Notes: generated from the letters alone by a model not told the origin. 64,000 nt of DNA from Candidatus Nanoarchaeia archaeon (GCA_035289925.1 DATDVR010000006.1:92018-156017), one strand, 5' to 3'. Positions 1 to 9,073 are shown, counted from the stretch's first letter. Numbers and translations: made by a program.

Positions 1-166
1 ATGAAATCTAAAGACATTTTACAAACTATCCAAAGGACTTTTTACCTTTTTAAGCCTTTTTAATTAGTATGGGGTATGCTGGATTATGGAAAAAAGAATT
101 TTGGTTTATAAACCTTCACAGGCAGTTTGTCGTGAATCTAAAATTTGCGGAAAATTCGGAAGAATT

Positions 167-982
167 TTATAGAAAATCCAATGGACTCTTGACTTTCTTT
201 AGTTGCGCATTTGACACATTAACATATTTTTGGGTCGTACTTAAATCTGCGTGACCGAGTAATTCCTGAATTATTCTTATGTCAGTTCCAGCTTCTAACA
301 AATGCGTTGCAAAAGAACTTCTTAATGCATGGCAGAAAACTCTTTTCTTTATTCCAGCTTTTTTTGCAGCATTATTCACAATCTTTTGCGCCATTCTTAT
401 AGATAAAAAGCCTTTCTTTGACGGAAATAAATATTCAGAATCTTCTTTTCTTTTTTCAAGATATTTTTTCAACTTTTCAATCAGTGAAACTGACAAAATT
501 ATATGCCTGTCTTTTCTTCCCTTTCCAGATCTGACTTTGCCCATCTTTTCAGAGAAGTCTAAATCGATAATCTTCATCTTTACAGCTTCTGAAACCCTCA
601 GGCCTGAAGAATAAAGCAGCTCAACTAATAATCTGTGCTTAGGATTTTCTATTGCATCCAGCAGGGAAGACATCTCTTCTTTCGACAAGACAGTTGGAAT
701 CTTTTTTTCTAATTTAGGGGTCTTTATCTTAGCAAAGATATCCTTTTCAAGAACTTCTTTGTAAAAAAACTTTAGGGTAGACAAAATAAGCGATGTTGAA
801 GCAGGCTTTATTTTTTTCTCTGACATCATATAAGCAAGATAGCTTTTGACATCATCTTCTGTTATTGAAGGAGGCTCTTTTTTTGTATAGTTAAGAAACA
901 ATTGATTGTGGCGCATATAATTTTTAACAGTAACTTCTGAAAAGCCCCTTAACTTAAGCTCAGTTTCCAGCTTTTTCAGCAT
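167..982 (-). CDS. xerA: XerA-type tyrosine recombinase
   Basis: N-terminal SAM-like domain (LRGFSEVTVKNY); catalytic R (GLRVSE), K (GKGRKDR), HALR, LGH and Y (STTQKY); 271 aa. Confidence 0.92.
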   Translation of the reverse strand: MLKKLETELKLRGFSEVTVKNYMRHNQLFLNYTKKEPPSITEDDVKSYLAYMMSEKKIKPASTSLILSTLKFFYKEVLEKDIFAKIKTPKLEKKIPTVLSKEEMSSLLDAIENPKHRLLVELLYSSGLRVSEAVKMKIIDLDFSEKMGKVRSGKGRKDRHIILSVSLIEKLKKYLEKRKEDSEYLFPSKKGFLSIRMAQKIVNNAAKKAGIKKRVFCHALRSSFATHLLEAGTDIRIIQELLGHADLSTTQKYVNVSNAQLKKVKSPLDFL

Positions 983-1721
983 GCTCTACCTCTTCAAAAT
1001 AAACCAAGTCTGAAAGCTTCTTTTTCTCTTCAAGATTTAACTTCCTGTATAAAGTAGGGAAAAACCCGTCAATTGTTAAAATAAATTCATCGCCTTGCGA
1101 CTCTATTACAGTATCAGCAACCAGATGAAATGCTAGATAAGATGCAGCGTCCTCCAATTTATTTCTATTAATTTTTGATGTTATCCTGTAATGCATTGCA
1201 TTCAATTTTGGATGCCTCTGTGGGACTCCTTCCAAAGCAAATTTTTCAAGCTGTTCCTTTAAATTTTTTATTTCAGAGAAAGTGTAGAATCTGCAGGGGA
1301 TTTTATCCGTATTTGAATAGACAACCGCATTATATCTTACTTGTTCATATCTTTCAACTGCAATGATGTTAACTTCCGGAGATTTTCTGCTGAGTATATT
1401 TATAGTCCTTATTTTATTAACAGGAATAATCCTGCCATTTTCCAATCCTATTCCATCTTCTTTTCCAAAATATATTTTTCTATCAAGATCGGTATTTCTT
1501 GTGGAAATAATACCGTCTTCAGTTTCTATATAATAATTACATCCAATGTCGTCCAAAAGATTTAGACATTCCTTTGTTTTTTCCTTTCTTTTTTTATTAT
1601 GTCCATAAAAAATCACTGAAACTTCCATATTTTTATTTACTCTTGGCGGCAAGAAAGAAGCCTTGGCTATTGCTGAAGGCAAATTACTATTTCCATCAAA
1701 AAAATTTATTGGAAGCGCCAT
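960..1721 (-). CDS. Hypothetical protein, overlapping the xerA start (same operon)
   Basis: 253-aa ORF; no recognised motif. Confidence 0.6.
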   Translation of the reverse strand: MALPINFFDGNSNLPSAIAKASFLPPRVNKNMEVSVIFYGHNKKRKEKTKECLNLLDDIGCNYYIETEDGIISTRNTDLDRKIYFGKEDGIGLENGRIIPVNKIRTINILSRKSPEVNIIAVERYEQVRYNAVVYSNTDKIPCRFYTFSEIKNLKEQLEKFALEGVPQRHPKLNAMHYRITSKINRNKLEDAASYLAFHLVADTVIESQGDEFILTIDGFFPTLYRKLNLEEKKKLSDLVYFEEVEHAEKAGN

Positions 1722-1723
1722 TT

Positions 1724-2074
1724 TTACTTTCTTTCGTAGATAATTTTTGCTACTTTCACTTCGTCGGTAAATTCTATTTTATTTTTTGCTGCTCTTTTAT
1801 CAAGATAATTGCTTACTTTTGCTTCCAACGCTGCCAAAGGACCCCTTGCCTGATCAACAAAAGAGTCTTTTTCATAGTTCAATCTTAAAATCCAGTCATC
1901 TATTTTAGGGTCAATCCTCATAAGCTCAACAGAAGTTATTACTTTCTTTGCTTCCTGATTTTCATCAGCAATCCTTTCAATGACGACAGACTGTTCTATG
2001 CTGCTGCAGTTAGATGATCCGTATACAACCCCTGCAACGCCCAACAATCCAACCAATGTTCTTTTGTAGTTCAT
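1724..2074 (-). CDS. Hypothetical secreted or membrane-anchored protein
   Basis: Basic-hydrophobic N-terminus (MNYKRTLVGLLGVAGVVYG). Confidence 0.6.
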   Translation of the reverse strand: MNYKRTLVGLLGVAGVVYGSSNCSSIEQSVVIERIADENQEAKKVITSVELMRIDPKIDDWILRLNYEKDSFVDQARGPLAALEAKVSNYLDKRAAKNKIEFTDEVKVAKIIYERK

Positions 2075-2086
2075 TTTAAGTTCTCC

Positions 2087-2362
2087 TTAAGCAACGACTG
2101 GAATTGAACCAGTTTCGCTTCCTTTCTTTGGTTCTGCCAAAACCATTTCTTCTAATAAGTTCAATGCCGCAGGCTTTCCTTTTTCTGCTGCAGTTCTCAT
2201 TATAACGTCATGGTCAGTCATAGTTAATTGCAATTTTTCAGCTAGAAATTCTGCTCTCTTTTCAGGATCATATTTATTGATTCCTAAACCTTCGTATAAT
2301 TCTACAAGTTTTTTACTTTCAATTGGGGTGTAAGACCCTATTTCTTCTTTTGTCCATATCAT
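2087..2362 (-). CDS. Hypothetical protein, first gene of the xerA operon
   Basis: 91-aa ORF preceded by AGGTGATAGGAG RBS on the minus strand. Confidence 0.6.
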   Translation of the reverse strand: MIWTKEEIGSYTPIESKKLVELYEGLGINKYDPEKRAEFLAEKLQLTMTDHDVIMRTAAEKGKPAALNLLEEMVLAEPKKGSETGSIPVVA

Positions 2363-2381
2363 TTTAAGCTCCTATCACCTT

Positions 2382-2409
2382 GGTTCGTATAAGTTTTTTA
2401 ATATGAACC
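2382..2409. other. dif-like Xer site S1
   Basis: GGTTCGTATAA-GTTTTT-TAATATGAACC, 11-6-11 imperfect palindrome. Confidence 0.8.
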
Positions 2410-2603
2410 TCATTTAAATATCTTTCGAACTATAAATTCATTAGTTTTTATTAAAGTTGTGGAGGAAAAATTGAAAAAACTGTCAATCAAGTTGTAAGAT
2501 TTACGAAAAATTCTAGGAAACCTTCTTAAAGAATTTTAACTTTAGATTGTTAAGGCTTAGCAAAAAGCTTATAAATAAGTTAAACTTAGTCAAACTAAGT
2601 AAT

Positions 2604-2834
2604 ATGGTACAAGCTTTGATAGAATTGGACGAGAACACCAATAGGGTATTGAACATAGTGAAAGCTAAATACAACCTAAAGGACAAGGGAAAAGCAGTAG
2701 AGTTCCTTGTAACCAAGTATATTGAAGATGAAGAAGAGCCAGACTTGAAACCAGAATTCATCGCGAAGATAAAGAAGATTGAGAAACAAAAATCAATAAG
2801 GGTGAAAGACTTTGCTAAGCGCTATGAAGTGTGA
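2604..2834 (+). CDS. DUF2683-like antitoxin
   Basis: MVQALIELDENTNRVLNIVKAKYNLKDK; ATG 2604 follows TATA and operator repeats; overlaps RelE-like gene. Confidence 0.7.
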   Translation: MVQALIELDENTNRVLNIVKAKYNLKDKGKAVEFLVTKYIEDEEEPDLKPEFIAKIKKIEKQKSIRVKDFAKRYEV

Positions 2835-3121
2835 AGCAAATGTACGAACCAGACATAAAGAAAGATCTAGATAAAATATTATTTAAGCTATATAAAAGGG
2901 ATAAAGAACAATATTTTAAAGTCAAAAAGAAGATAATATATCTTCAAGAAAACCCTTTTCACGCTTATAAATTCTTGAAAGAACCGCTGCAAGGATACAA
3001 TAGGGTTCACGTAACTGGCAGCTTTGTCTTAATCTTTAGAATAAATCATACAAACAGGACTATTGAACTGAAACACTATGATCATTGGGATAATGTCTAT
3101 AAATGGAGGCCAAAAGAATGA
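2831..3121 (+). CDS. RelE/StbE (YafQ-like) toxin
   Basis: ENPFHAYKFLKEPLQGYNRVHVTGSFVLIFRI, RelE-like; 96 aa. Confidence 0.75.
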   Translation: MKQMYEPDIKKDLDKILFKLYKRDKEQYFKVKKKIIYLQENPFHAYKFLKEPLQGYNRVHVTGSFVLIFRINHTNRTIELKHYDHWDNVYKWRPKE

Positions 3122-3303
3122 TAAAGATAATACAATCGATAGTTGATTTAGAAGACAGGGAAAACAGAGTAGTCAACCTTGTCAAGGCTAAGCATGGTTT
3201 TATAAATAAATCAGACGCCATAAACAATATTATTAGAAAATATGAAGAATTAGTTCTTGATAATGTACTGAAACCAATTATGGAAGAAAAGAAACAATAT
3301 TAA
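3103..3303 (+). CDS. Second DUF2683-like antitoxin paralog
   Basis: QSIVDLEDRENRVVNLVKAKHGFINKSDAIN, similar to 2604..2834. Confidence 0.65.
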   Translation: MEAKRMIKIIQSIVDLEDRENRVVNLVKAKHGFINKSDAINNIIRKYEELVLDNVLKPIMEEKKQY

Positions 3304-3310
3304 TCTTTTT

Positions 3311-3338
3311 AATACTTCAAATGTTTGTTATACGCACC
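3311..3338. other. dif-like site S2 (one good arm)
   Basis: AATACTTCAAA-TGTTTG-TTATACGCACC; right arm reverse complement GGTGCGTATAA is 10/11 to the E. coli XerC arm. Confidence 0.6.
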
Positions 3339-4150
3339 TATTCTCCAGTTTGTCTTTTATAAAACTTATACCCAAAGAAAACTACAACTAATATAGCACT
3401 TATTATAGCCGTAATATTTGCTCCAACTTCACCAAAAAAACGTACTACTATAAATAATAATATTACACAAATGAATATCACTGCAATAATATCAAAAAAT
3501 TTTTTCCAGGGTTTTTCTCTGAATACCTCAATAATTAAAGCCATTAATGCAACAAACAACATTATCCAAGTAGCAATCCACATATCCTCACTTAAATCCT
3601 CTAAATCTACATTTAATTTTAATAGTTTATCATTCGCTTCTATAGTTTTCTTATTTGCCTCTTCTGTTTGTTTCCACAAGTCATATTGCCAACGGGGCAT
3701 TACATCAAAAGTAAAATTATAACCACCAAAATGTCTAACATAATTATTATGTGTAAATCTTCTATAAAATTCTATATCTCCTTTTTTTGATATTACTTGG
3801 ATTTTATAGTCCCCAACAGTGTCAAATTCTTCTACAAAATACTCTGTTTCATTCTTACCTATTGGTGAAATAGTAAGGTTCCTTGAAGGTTCTAAATATA
3901 CAGGAAATTCCCTTTGTGATCTAATCAGGCTTCCTTTAGGATTAAATAATAAAACTAAGATAGTATCATTTATAGTTACATTTCCAGTATTATTCAATGA
4001 AATTTCATAATAAAAAAAATCGCCAACTACTTTAGCGTCAAAGGCCTCCTTAATTAAAATCTTATGAGTTATCGTTAATTCTGATGCATTTACAATTATA
4101 GAAAAATTTAGTATTAATAAAAACAATAAAAAAAGATGTTTTTTAATCAT
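3338..4150 (-). CDS. Exported/membrane protein (signal peptide, beta-rich domain, coiled coil, C-terminal TM helices)
   Basis: Hydrophobic N-terminus and three C-terminal hydrophobic segments. Confidence 0.7.
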   Translation of the reverse strand: MIKKHLFLLFLLILNFSIIVNASELTITHKILIKEAFDAKVVGDFFYYEISLNNTGNVTINDTILVLLFNPKGSLIRSQREFPVYLEPSRNLTISPIGKNETEYFVEEFDTVGDYKIQVISKKGDIEFYRRFTHNNYVRHFGGYNFTFDVMPRWQYDLWKQTEEANKKTIEANDKLLKLNVDLEDLSEDMWIATWIMLFVALMALIIEVFREKPWKKFFDIIAVIFICVILLFIVVRFFGEVGANITAIISAILVVVFFGYKFYKRQTGE

Positions 4151-4194
4151 AGGTTGGTAAATACTATAAACTTTATAAAGGTTTTCACTAATTC

Positions 4195-5095
4195 GGTCTA
4201 GTTGAAAATCTCTATTTTCAACAAAGAAGAATTATGAATAATTCCTCTCATGTACATGTCTGATCTCTGTGTTTGGATTAATCTAGAGCTAACGCTAGCT
4301 CCATACTTTTGTTTGGTTGCACCAAACAAAGACTCGCTTATCTCCCTTCTATAATAAGTCCTTGTCCTCCAATGCTTTCTCATAATCTTCCTGTAAAATC
4401 CTTTTCTTGTGCTCTTCCTGCATGGAATCATTGAAGTGATTCCATGCTTGTAGCAAAGATGATGTACAGCTTCGCTATCATAGCCCTTGTCAGCTACAAG
4501 AATCCTTGGAGTGGCTGACAATCTTTTAAGCAAGTAAGAAACATCTTTTGTGTCATGCCTTGGCTTTGCACGAAGGCGCAAAGCCAAAATCTTCTTGCGC
4601 CTTGTGTCTACAACAGCACTTAGCTTTAAAGGCCTGCTAATTGGCTTCACTCTGTCAATCCTTTTGATGTAGTGCCAGCTAGGATTTGTCCTACTTATTG
4701 TTGTTGCATCAATGGATGCAACATTTATCTCAGCAAATAAAGCTGTCTGGGCAAACAACTTCTCAATAATCTTAGCTACTTTTTTATTCATCTTGGCTAA
4801 AGCTGAATAAGTAGGTACTTCAAATCCCAGATTATACAAAAGCTTTGCAGCTCTCCTATAGGAGAGCCTGCATGCTTGCCTTATCCAAAGGGCAAGCATA
4901 TGCTGCCAGAATTCATACTTCTTTGGTCCATAGTGATGAAACCATCTTGGCATGTTTGCTCTTCTGAGCAAACGCTTAATTTTATTTACTAGTTTTACTT
5001 CTGTTTTCATGGGTAGCTAAGTCCTACCCCCTAATGTTGCTTTACCCAAAGCACATTAGGTTATTTATATTTTTCTAGACATTTTCAACAACGCC
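4195..5095 (-). mobile_element. IS5-type insertion sequence (DDE_Tnp_1), 901 bp, 9-bp TSD
   Basis: TIRs GGTCTAGTTGAAAAT and GGCGTTGTTGAAAAT (rc); TSD CACTAATTC at 4186-4194 and 5096-5104. Confidence 0.9.
4198..5010 (-). CDS. IS5-type DDE transposase
   Basis: SIDAT, LVADKGYDS, RREISESLFGATK motifs; 270 aa. Confidence 0.9.
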   Translation of the reverse strand: MKTEVKLVNKIKRLLRRANMPRWFHHYGPKKYEFWQHMLALWIRQACRLSYRRAAKLLYNLGFEVPTYSALAKMNKKVAKIIEKLFAQTALFAEINVASIDATTISRTNPSWHYIKRIDRVKPISRPLKLSAVVDTRRKKILALRLRAKPRHDTKDVSYLLKRLSATPRILVADKGYDSEAVHHLCYKHGITSMIPCRKSTRKGFYRKIMRKHWRTRTYYRREISESLFGATKQKYGASVSSRLIQTQRSDMYMRGIIHNSSLLKIEIFN

Positions 5096-5139
5096 CACTA
5101 ATTCAAAAAATATTTAAGGATGTCCGCTTTAATATAAGG

Positions 5140-5577
5140 ATGAAAAATTTAAAGTTTGTTCCTATTGAGCCGGATGATGAAGAGCAGTTTGACATTTTTA
5201 AAACAAAATCAAAATGTTTTAATTGTAAATCTGACATAGAGTTTATTACTTATCATTCTCAAGTAAATGGATATGATAATTACTTGGGTAGTTTTCCTTT
5301 CTTGGATGAAATATTATTAAAAAAGTATCCAAATTATCTGATAAAACGATTTTCTAAAACTGCTGGAGAAGTTGTTATAAGCAATCTGTGTCGGGGATGT
5401 GACGTAATACAAGGAAATTTCTTTCAAAGTGATATTTGGAGGGAGCAACACTTTGGGCATATTAAGCTGGAATTTATTGAAACTATTAATGTTAAAATAG
5501 ATGACCTATTCGATGAAGAAGAACTAATATTATTAAATGAATATGAAAAAGAAATGTTCTTAGAAGATAATAAATAA
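5140..5577 (+). CDS. Hypothetical Zn-binding protein
   Basis: CxxC pairs (CFNC, CRGC); stop abuts site S3. Confidence 0.6.
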   Translation: MKNLKFVPIEPDDEEQFDIFKTKSKCFNCKSDIEFITYHSQVNGYDNYLGSFPFLDEILLKKYPNYLIKRFSKTAGEVVISNLCRGCDVIQGNFFQSDIWREQHFGHIKLEFIETINVKIDDLFDEEELILLNEYEKEMFLEDNK

Positions 5578-5604
5578 GGGCCTATAATTTAGATTATGTG
5601 AACC
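5577..5604. other. dif-like site S3
   Basis: AGGGCCTATAA-TTTAGA-TTATGTGAACC. Confidence 0.7.
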
Positions 5605-5689
5605 TCTAGGAAAAATAAACCCTGAGAAAATTTATTAATTTTATCTCTTTGGTATATAATTTAGCTTGTACAGGTTTAGTTAGAATAGA

Positions 5690-6217
5690 TTAAGCTTTTT
5701 CAACTTTTGAGCTATAGCATTTGTTAGTATCTGTCTGAAGAGATAACTTGCGCCAAGCGGTGGAGAAAAATGAACCTTTAGTTGGGGGCAACCCGCAATC
5801 CATCTCAGACACAATACTGTCATATTTACCTATAAAATCACCATTTATTGGATTATATACTAAAACCCCCTCATCTCTTGTAATTACAAGGACATAAGTA
5901 TGAAATTCGTCGTTTAAATAATAGCTAAAGTAGCCAAAAGGATTATAAGCCCCTGCCAAAGCATTAGAGTTTGTTAGGTAAATCTTCCCCCACATCAACC
6001 TTGTACGTTCTCTTAAATTATAAGCGCAATAATATTCGCCATTATAGTCATTTTTAATCTGCCCCTGATGGGGATTATAACTATTCTGGCAATTATTTTC
6101 TCTAAAGAAATCTTCAACTGTTGCGCTTGTTGGGGCAATATAAGGCAATAAAAAAATCATTAGTCCAATAGCTACAATTAAAACCCATACGAGTATTTCT
6201 TTATAAAACTCCTTCAT
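5690..6217 (-). CDS. Membrane-anchored Cys-containing hypothetical protein
   Basis: N-terminal TM segment; 175 aa. Confidence 0.6.
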   Translation of the reverse strand: MKEFYKEILVWVLIVAIGLMIFLLPYIAPTSATVEDFFRENNCQNSYNPHQGQIKNDYNGEYYCAYNLRERTRLMWGKIYLTNSNALAGAYNPFGYFSYYLNDEFHTYVLVITRDEGVLVYNPINGDFIGKYDSIVSEMDCGLPPTKGSFFSTAWRKLSLQTDTNKCYSSKVEKA

Positions 6218-6267
6218 TCTATAAACAACCTAGATTTTGAGACCTTTGTAGATATATAAATTTATTT

Positions 6268-6295
6268 AGTTCGTATAACCTAGCTTATCTGTACT
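6268..6295. other. dif-like site S4
   Basis: AGTTCGTATAA-CCTAGC-TTATCTGTACT. Confidence 0.7.
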
Positions 6296-6493
6296 AGACG
6301 TAAGATTTACGGCTTTTCTTCAGTAAAATTAATAAAAAGAAGAGTATTCTAAGTATTATGATAACTAGAACAAAGTCAAAAATGAGGATACCAAAAGAAT
6401 CGCTTATATTCTATATTAACAATAAAAATGATACTAAAAACTTTAATGAAAAATGGGTTAAGGAAGCTATAGCTTTTCTAAAAGGGGCCTAAA

Positions 6494-6697
6494 ATGACTG
6501 AAAAAGAGGTTGGTAAGTTTATGTTTTGCATCAATGCTATTCAAGATTCCAATGGAAATGTTGATCTAGAAACTGAAACTGCAAGTCATAACATCTCTAT
6601 TGAGTCAGTTATATTACTTATGAAGTGCTATTTAAAGTTGCAAGAACATGATTATTTTGAGGATTATAAAAACAGTGTTTCTAAGTTTAAGGCTTAG
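6494..6697 (+). CDS. Small hypothetical protein
   Basis: 67-aa ORF; its TAG stop lies inside half-site S5. Confidence 0.5.
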   Translation: MTEKEVGKFMFCINAIQDSNGNVDLETETASHNISIESVILLMKCYLKLQEHDYFEDYKNSVSKFKA

Positions 6698-6704
6698 GCG
6701 CACT
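6694..6704. other. dif-like half-site S5
   Basis: TTAGGCGCACT (rc AGTGCGCCTAA), followed by the same AGACGTAAGATTT flank as S4. Confidence 0.45.
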
Positions 6705-6767
6705 AGACGTAAGATTTCCGGTTTTTGATACGTAAAGCTTATTAAGACTATTTCCTTAATTAAGAAT

Positions 6768-6980
6768 ATGAAAAACAAATACAATGTAATAGTTGAGAAA
6801 GGTGAAGATGGGTACTTAATATCTGATGTAGTTGAACTTTCAGGATGTCATACTCAGGCTAAAAGCTATAATGAATTGCTTAAAAGAACCAAAGAAGCTA
6901 TAAAAGGCTACTTGAAAGCATTTAAAAATGAAGATGATGTTAAGACAGAATTTCTAAGTTTGCAGCAAATTGAGGTCTAG
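6768..6980 (+). CDS. HicB-like (UPF0150) antitoxin
   Basis: YNVIVEKGEDGYLISDVVELSGCHTQAKSYNELLKRTKEAIKGYL. Confidence 0.8.
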   Translation: MKNKYNVIVEKGEDGYLISDVVELSGCHTQAKSYNELLKRTKEAIKGYLKAFKNEDDVKTEFLSLQQIEV

Positions 6981-7046
6981 ATGGCAAAATTGCCCCTAAT
7001 TACCGCTGCCCTATTTGCGATGTTTATGACGTATATGATTTTTTGA
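6981..7046 (+). pseudogene. Possible truncated hicA start
   Basis: ATG directly after hicB stop encodes MAKLPLIT, like HicA N-termini, then stops after 21 codons. Confidence 0.35.
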
Positions 7047-7127
7047 AAACAGTCTGAGATTATTGTATTTGTACTTTTAAATTTCAAATGCGTAAAGCTT
7101 ATAAATATATTATACGTATAAATACGT

Positions 7128-7463
7128 ATGAAAATAACTGAAAAAGACGTAATAGCAATCAATCAAAAATTTGATGATGGGACTATAGTAAACAGAGGAA
7201 GCTTTGATTTTGCTTTGGCATCAATAAGAAAGAGCCAGGATTGGCAAGAACAAATAGCCTATCTGTTAAGGGCTTTATTGGTAGATCATATCTTTAAAGA
7301 TGGTAACAAAAGAACTGCAACTTATCTTTTAATAGATGCTCTAGAAAGGGGAAGCTTCAAATTTAATCAAGAAGAATTGGGGATTTTAACAGTAAAAATA
7401 GCAAAGGGCAATATAAATGATATAAAAGAAATAAAAAAGCTAATAGCAGGAGTGATATACTAA
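7128..7463 (+). CDS. Doc-like Fic family toxin
   Basis: HIFKDGNKRTA, the Doc variant of the Fic motif. Confidence 0.8.
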   Translation: MKITEKDVIAINQKFDDGTIVNRGSFDFALASIRKSQDWQEQIAYLLRALLVDHIFKDGNKRTATYLLIDALERGSFKFNQEELGILTVKIAKGNINDIKEIKKLIAGVIY

Positions 7464-7464
7464 A

Positions 7465-7713
7465 ATGGCTAGTAGGAAATATGACGCAAATAGGAAGATA
7501 AGCACTAACATAGACAAAAGATATCCAATTGTATTCAAAATGTTAGAAGAATATGACAAGACTCATAAGCTAAGAAAAGACAGCTACAAGAAGAAGATAG
7601 ACCTTACTATAGATACTCAAATATGGAACAGGTTCAAGGCTCACTGCAGGGAAAAGAACATCAAAATGAGCAATGTGGTTGAGAACTTGATAAAGAAGGA
7701 GATAAAGACTTAG
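7465..7713 (+). CDS. Ribbon-helix-helix protein, putative antitoxin
   Basis: C-terminal IDLTIDTQIWNRFKAHCREKNIKMSNVVENLIKKEI. Confidence 0.6.
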   Translation: MASRKYDANRKISTNIDKRYPIVFKMLEEYDKTHKLRKDSYKKKIDLTIDTQIWNRFKAHCREKNIKMSNVVENLIKKEIKT

Positions 7714-7768
7714 GGGTCTTAGAAGGAAGGTTAAGGCTATAGCCAGAGATGTAACAGTTCTTGTTTAA
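7709..7768 (+). pseudogene. Orphan 3' remnant of a paralog of 11383..11664
   Basis: LRGLRRKVKAIARDVTVLV* vs LSGLETRVKTIANDVTVLV*. Confidence 0.7.
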
Positions 7769-7781
7769 ACAAAATTCTTCA

Positions 7782-7806
7782 GGTTCGCATAAACCTTATA
7801 CAAACT
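7782..7806. other. dif-like site S6 (collapsed 3-bp spacer)
   Basis: GGTTCGCATAA-ACC-TTATACAAACT. Confidence 0.6.
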
Positions 7807-7865
7807 ATAAACTTTTCAATTTTTTAATAGAAATCTTTATAAACTATAACAAACTATAGTCTGCT

Positions 7866-8084
7866 ATGGCAACTACAATACAAGTAAGTGAAAAACTACA
7901 ACAAGAGTTAAACAAAAGAAAGCTTTACGATAAAGAGACTTATGAAGAGGTAATTTGGGGCGTCATGGAAGACAGCATGGAATTGAATGAGGAAACAAAA
8001 AAAGATATTAAAGAAGCAAGATTAGAGCTTAAAGAAGGAAAAGGAATACCTCTTTCAGAAGTTAAAAAGAAGCTGGGATTGTAA
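7866..8084 (+). CDS. RHH-type antitoxin
   Basis: MATTIQVSEKLQQEL...ETYEEVI...GIPLSEVKKKLGL; overlaps RelE start. Confidence 0.75.
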   Translation: MATTIQVSEKLQQELNKRKLYDKETYEEVIWGVMEDSMELNEETKKDIKEARLELKEGKGIPLSEVKKKLGL

Positions 8085-8332
8085 TGTATAACATAGTGTT
8101 CTCGCCAAAAGCGCGTAAACAGCTTCAAAAATTGGAAACCGATGTTCAGATAAGAATATGTAATGCCCTAGATAAAATCAAAGTAAGGCCAGAAGACTAT
8201 CTAACTCAGATGGTTGATGATCCTTCTTTCAAATTGAGGGTAGGAGATTATAGGGTCCTTATAGACCTAAACCATACAAAGTCTCAAATAGAAGTTATCA
8301 AAGTAGGGCATAGAAAAAACATCTATAAATAG
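8084..8332 (+). CDS. RelE/ParE family toxin
   Basis: YNIVFSPKARKQLQKL...FKLRVGDYRVLI. Confidence 0.85.
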   Translation: MYNIVFSPKARKQLQKLETDVQIRICNALDKIKVRPEDYLTQMVDDPSFKLRVGDYRVLIDLNHTKSQIEVIKVGHRKNIYK

Positions 8333-8343
8333 AATTCTGGTGA

Positions 8344-8354
8344 GGTGCCCGTAA
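8344..8354. other. dif-like half-site S7
   Basis: GGTGCCCGTAA, 9/11 to E. coli XerC arm GGTGCGCATAA. Confidence 0.45.
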
Positions 8355-8393
8355 ATTCACAAACCTTATAAAGCATATTCTTGAGTATATAGG

Positions 8394-8687
8394 TTGATTA
8401 AAATGGTTGAAGAAATAAAAATTGAAGGGCGTTATGAGAGATTAGAACAAGAACTTGAAAGAAGCTTCAATATAAAAGAAGGCGATTCTGAGCTTATAGG
8501 TATATCAAAATTAATTTTTCAGTTTGCGAAGCCTTTCAGTTTAAGTGATAGGGTTATGTTATCTATGGCTGCAGATCCAAGAATGGATGTTTTTGGCAAT
8601 GCCATTGGACCTTTTTGTTTATTTATTAAATATGAATTTTATGCATTAGCTTTAGCAAAATTGGCAGAGAATTATATTAAAGGTTGA
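8394..8687 (+). CDS. Hypothetical protein
   Basis: 97-aa ORF behind a duplicated promoter block. Confidence 0.55.
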   Translation: MIKMVEEIKIEGRYERLEQELERSFNIKEGDSELIGISKLIFQFAKPFSLSDRVMLSMAADPRMDVFGNAIGPFCLFIKYEFYALALAKLAENYIKG

Positions 8688-9016
8688 TAAAAATGAATGA
8701 AGTTAACCTAGAAACAAAGCTTCTTGAACAGGGATGGACTTTTTGGTTTACTGAATTAACAGTTGAACAAGCAGATATGTTAAATAAAAAATTATTTCCA
8801 AAAAATATTGGGGTAGGGTTATCTAAAGCATTCAAATATGAAGTAGCCAAAACTCCTGAAGAAGCTGAAAAGGAGTATAATAAGAGATTCCCTTTAAGAG
8901 ATATTAAGGCAATAATAAGAGAAGATGGCAGGATAGCTATTTATGGTAAAGGAGAGTTTCCTGATAAAAAAATTATGGATCATATGGTTGGTTTTATTGA
9001 TTATAGTTTAAAGTAA
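8684..9016 (+). CDS. Hypothetical protein
   Basis: 110-aa ORF overlapping the previous gene. Confidence 0.55.
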   Translation: MIKMNEVNLETKLLEQGWTFWFTELTVEQADMLNKKLFPKNIGVGLSKAFKYEVAKTPEEAEKEYNKRFPLRDIKAIIREDGRIAIYGKGEFPDKKIMDHMVGFIDYSLK

Positions 9017-9024
9017 TTTTAGCA

Positions 9025-9035
9025 GGTTCGCATAA
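9025..9035. other. dif-like half-site S8
   Basis: GGTTCGCATAA, identical to the S9 left arm, 8 nt after a stop codon. Confidence 0.6.
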
Positions 9036-9073
9036 TAACAAACATTACAATAACTGTAAGATTTTTTGTTTTT

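Noticed and set aside
69-254. 61-aa plus-strand ORF
   Set aside because: Overlaps xerA antisense, no motif; likely a shadow ORF.
2289-2299. CCTTCGTATAA resembling a dif arm
   Set aside because: Inside a CDS, lacks the GG end and has no partner arm; treated as chance.
7095-7120. TAA...TTA pair upstream of the doc-like gene
   Set aside because: Spacer is 5 bp and arms do not match; explained as TATA plus operator.
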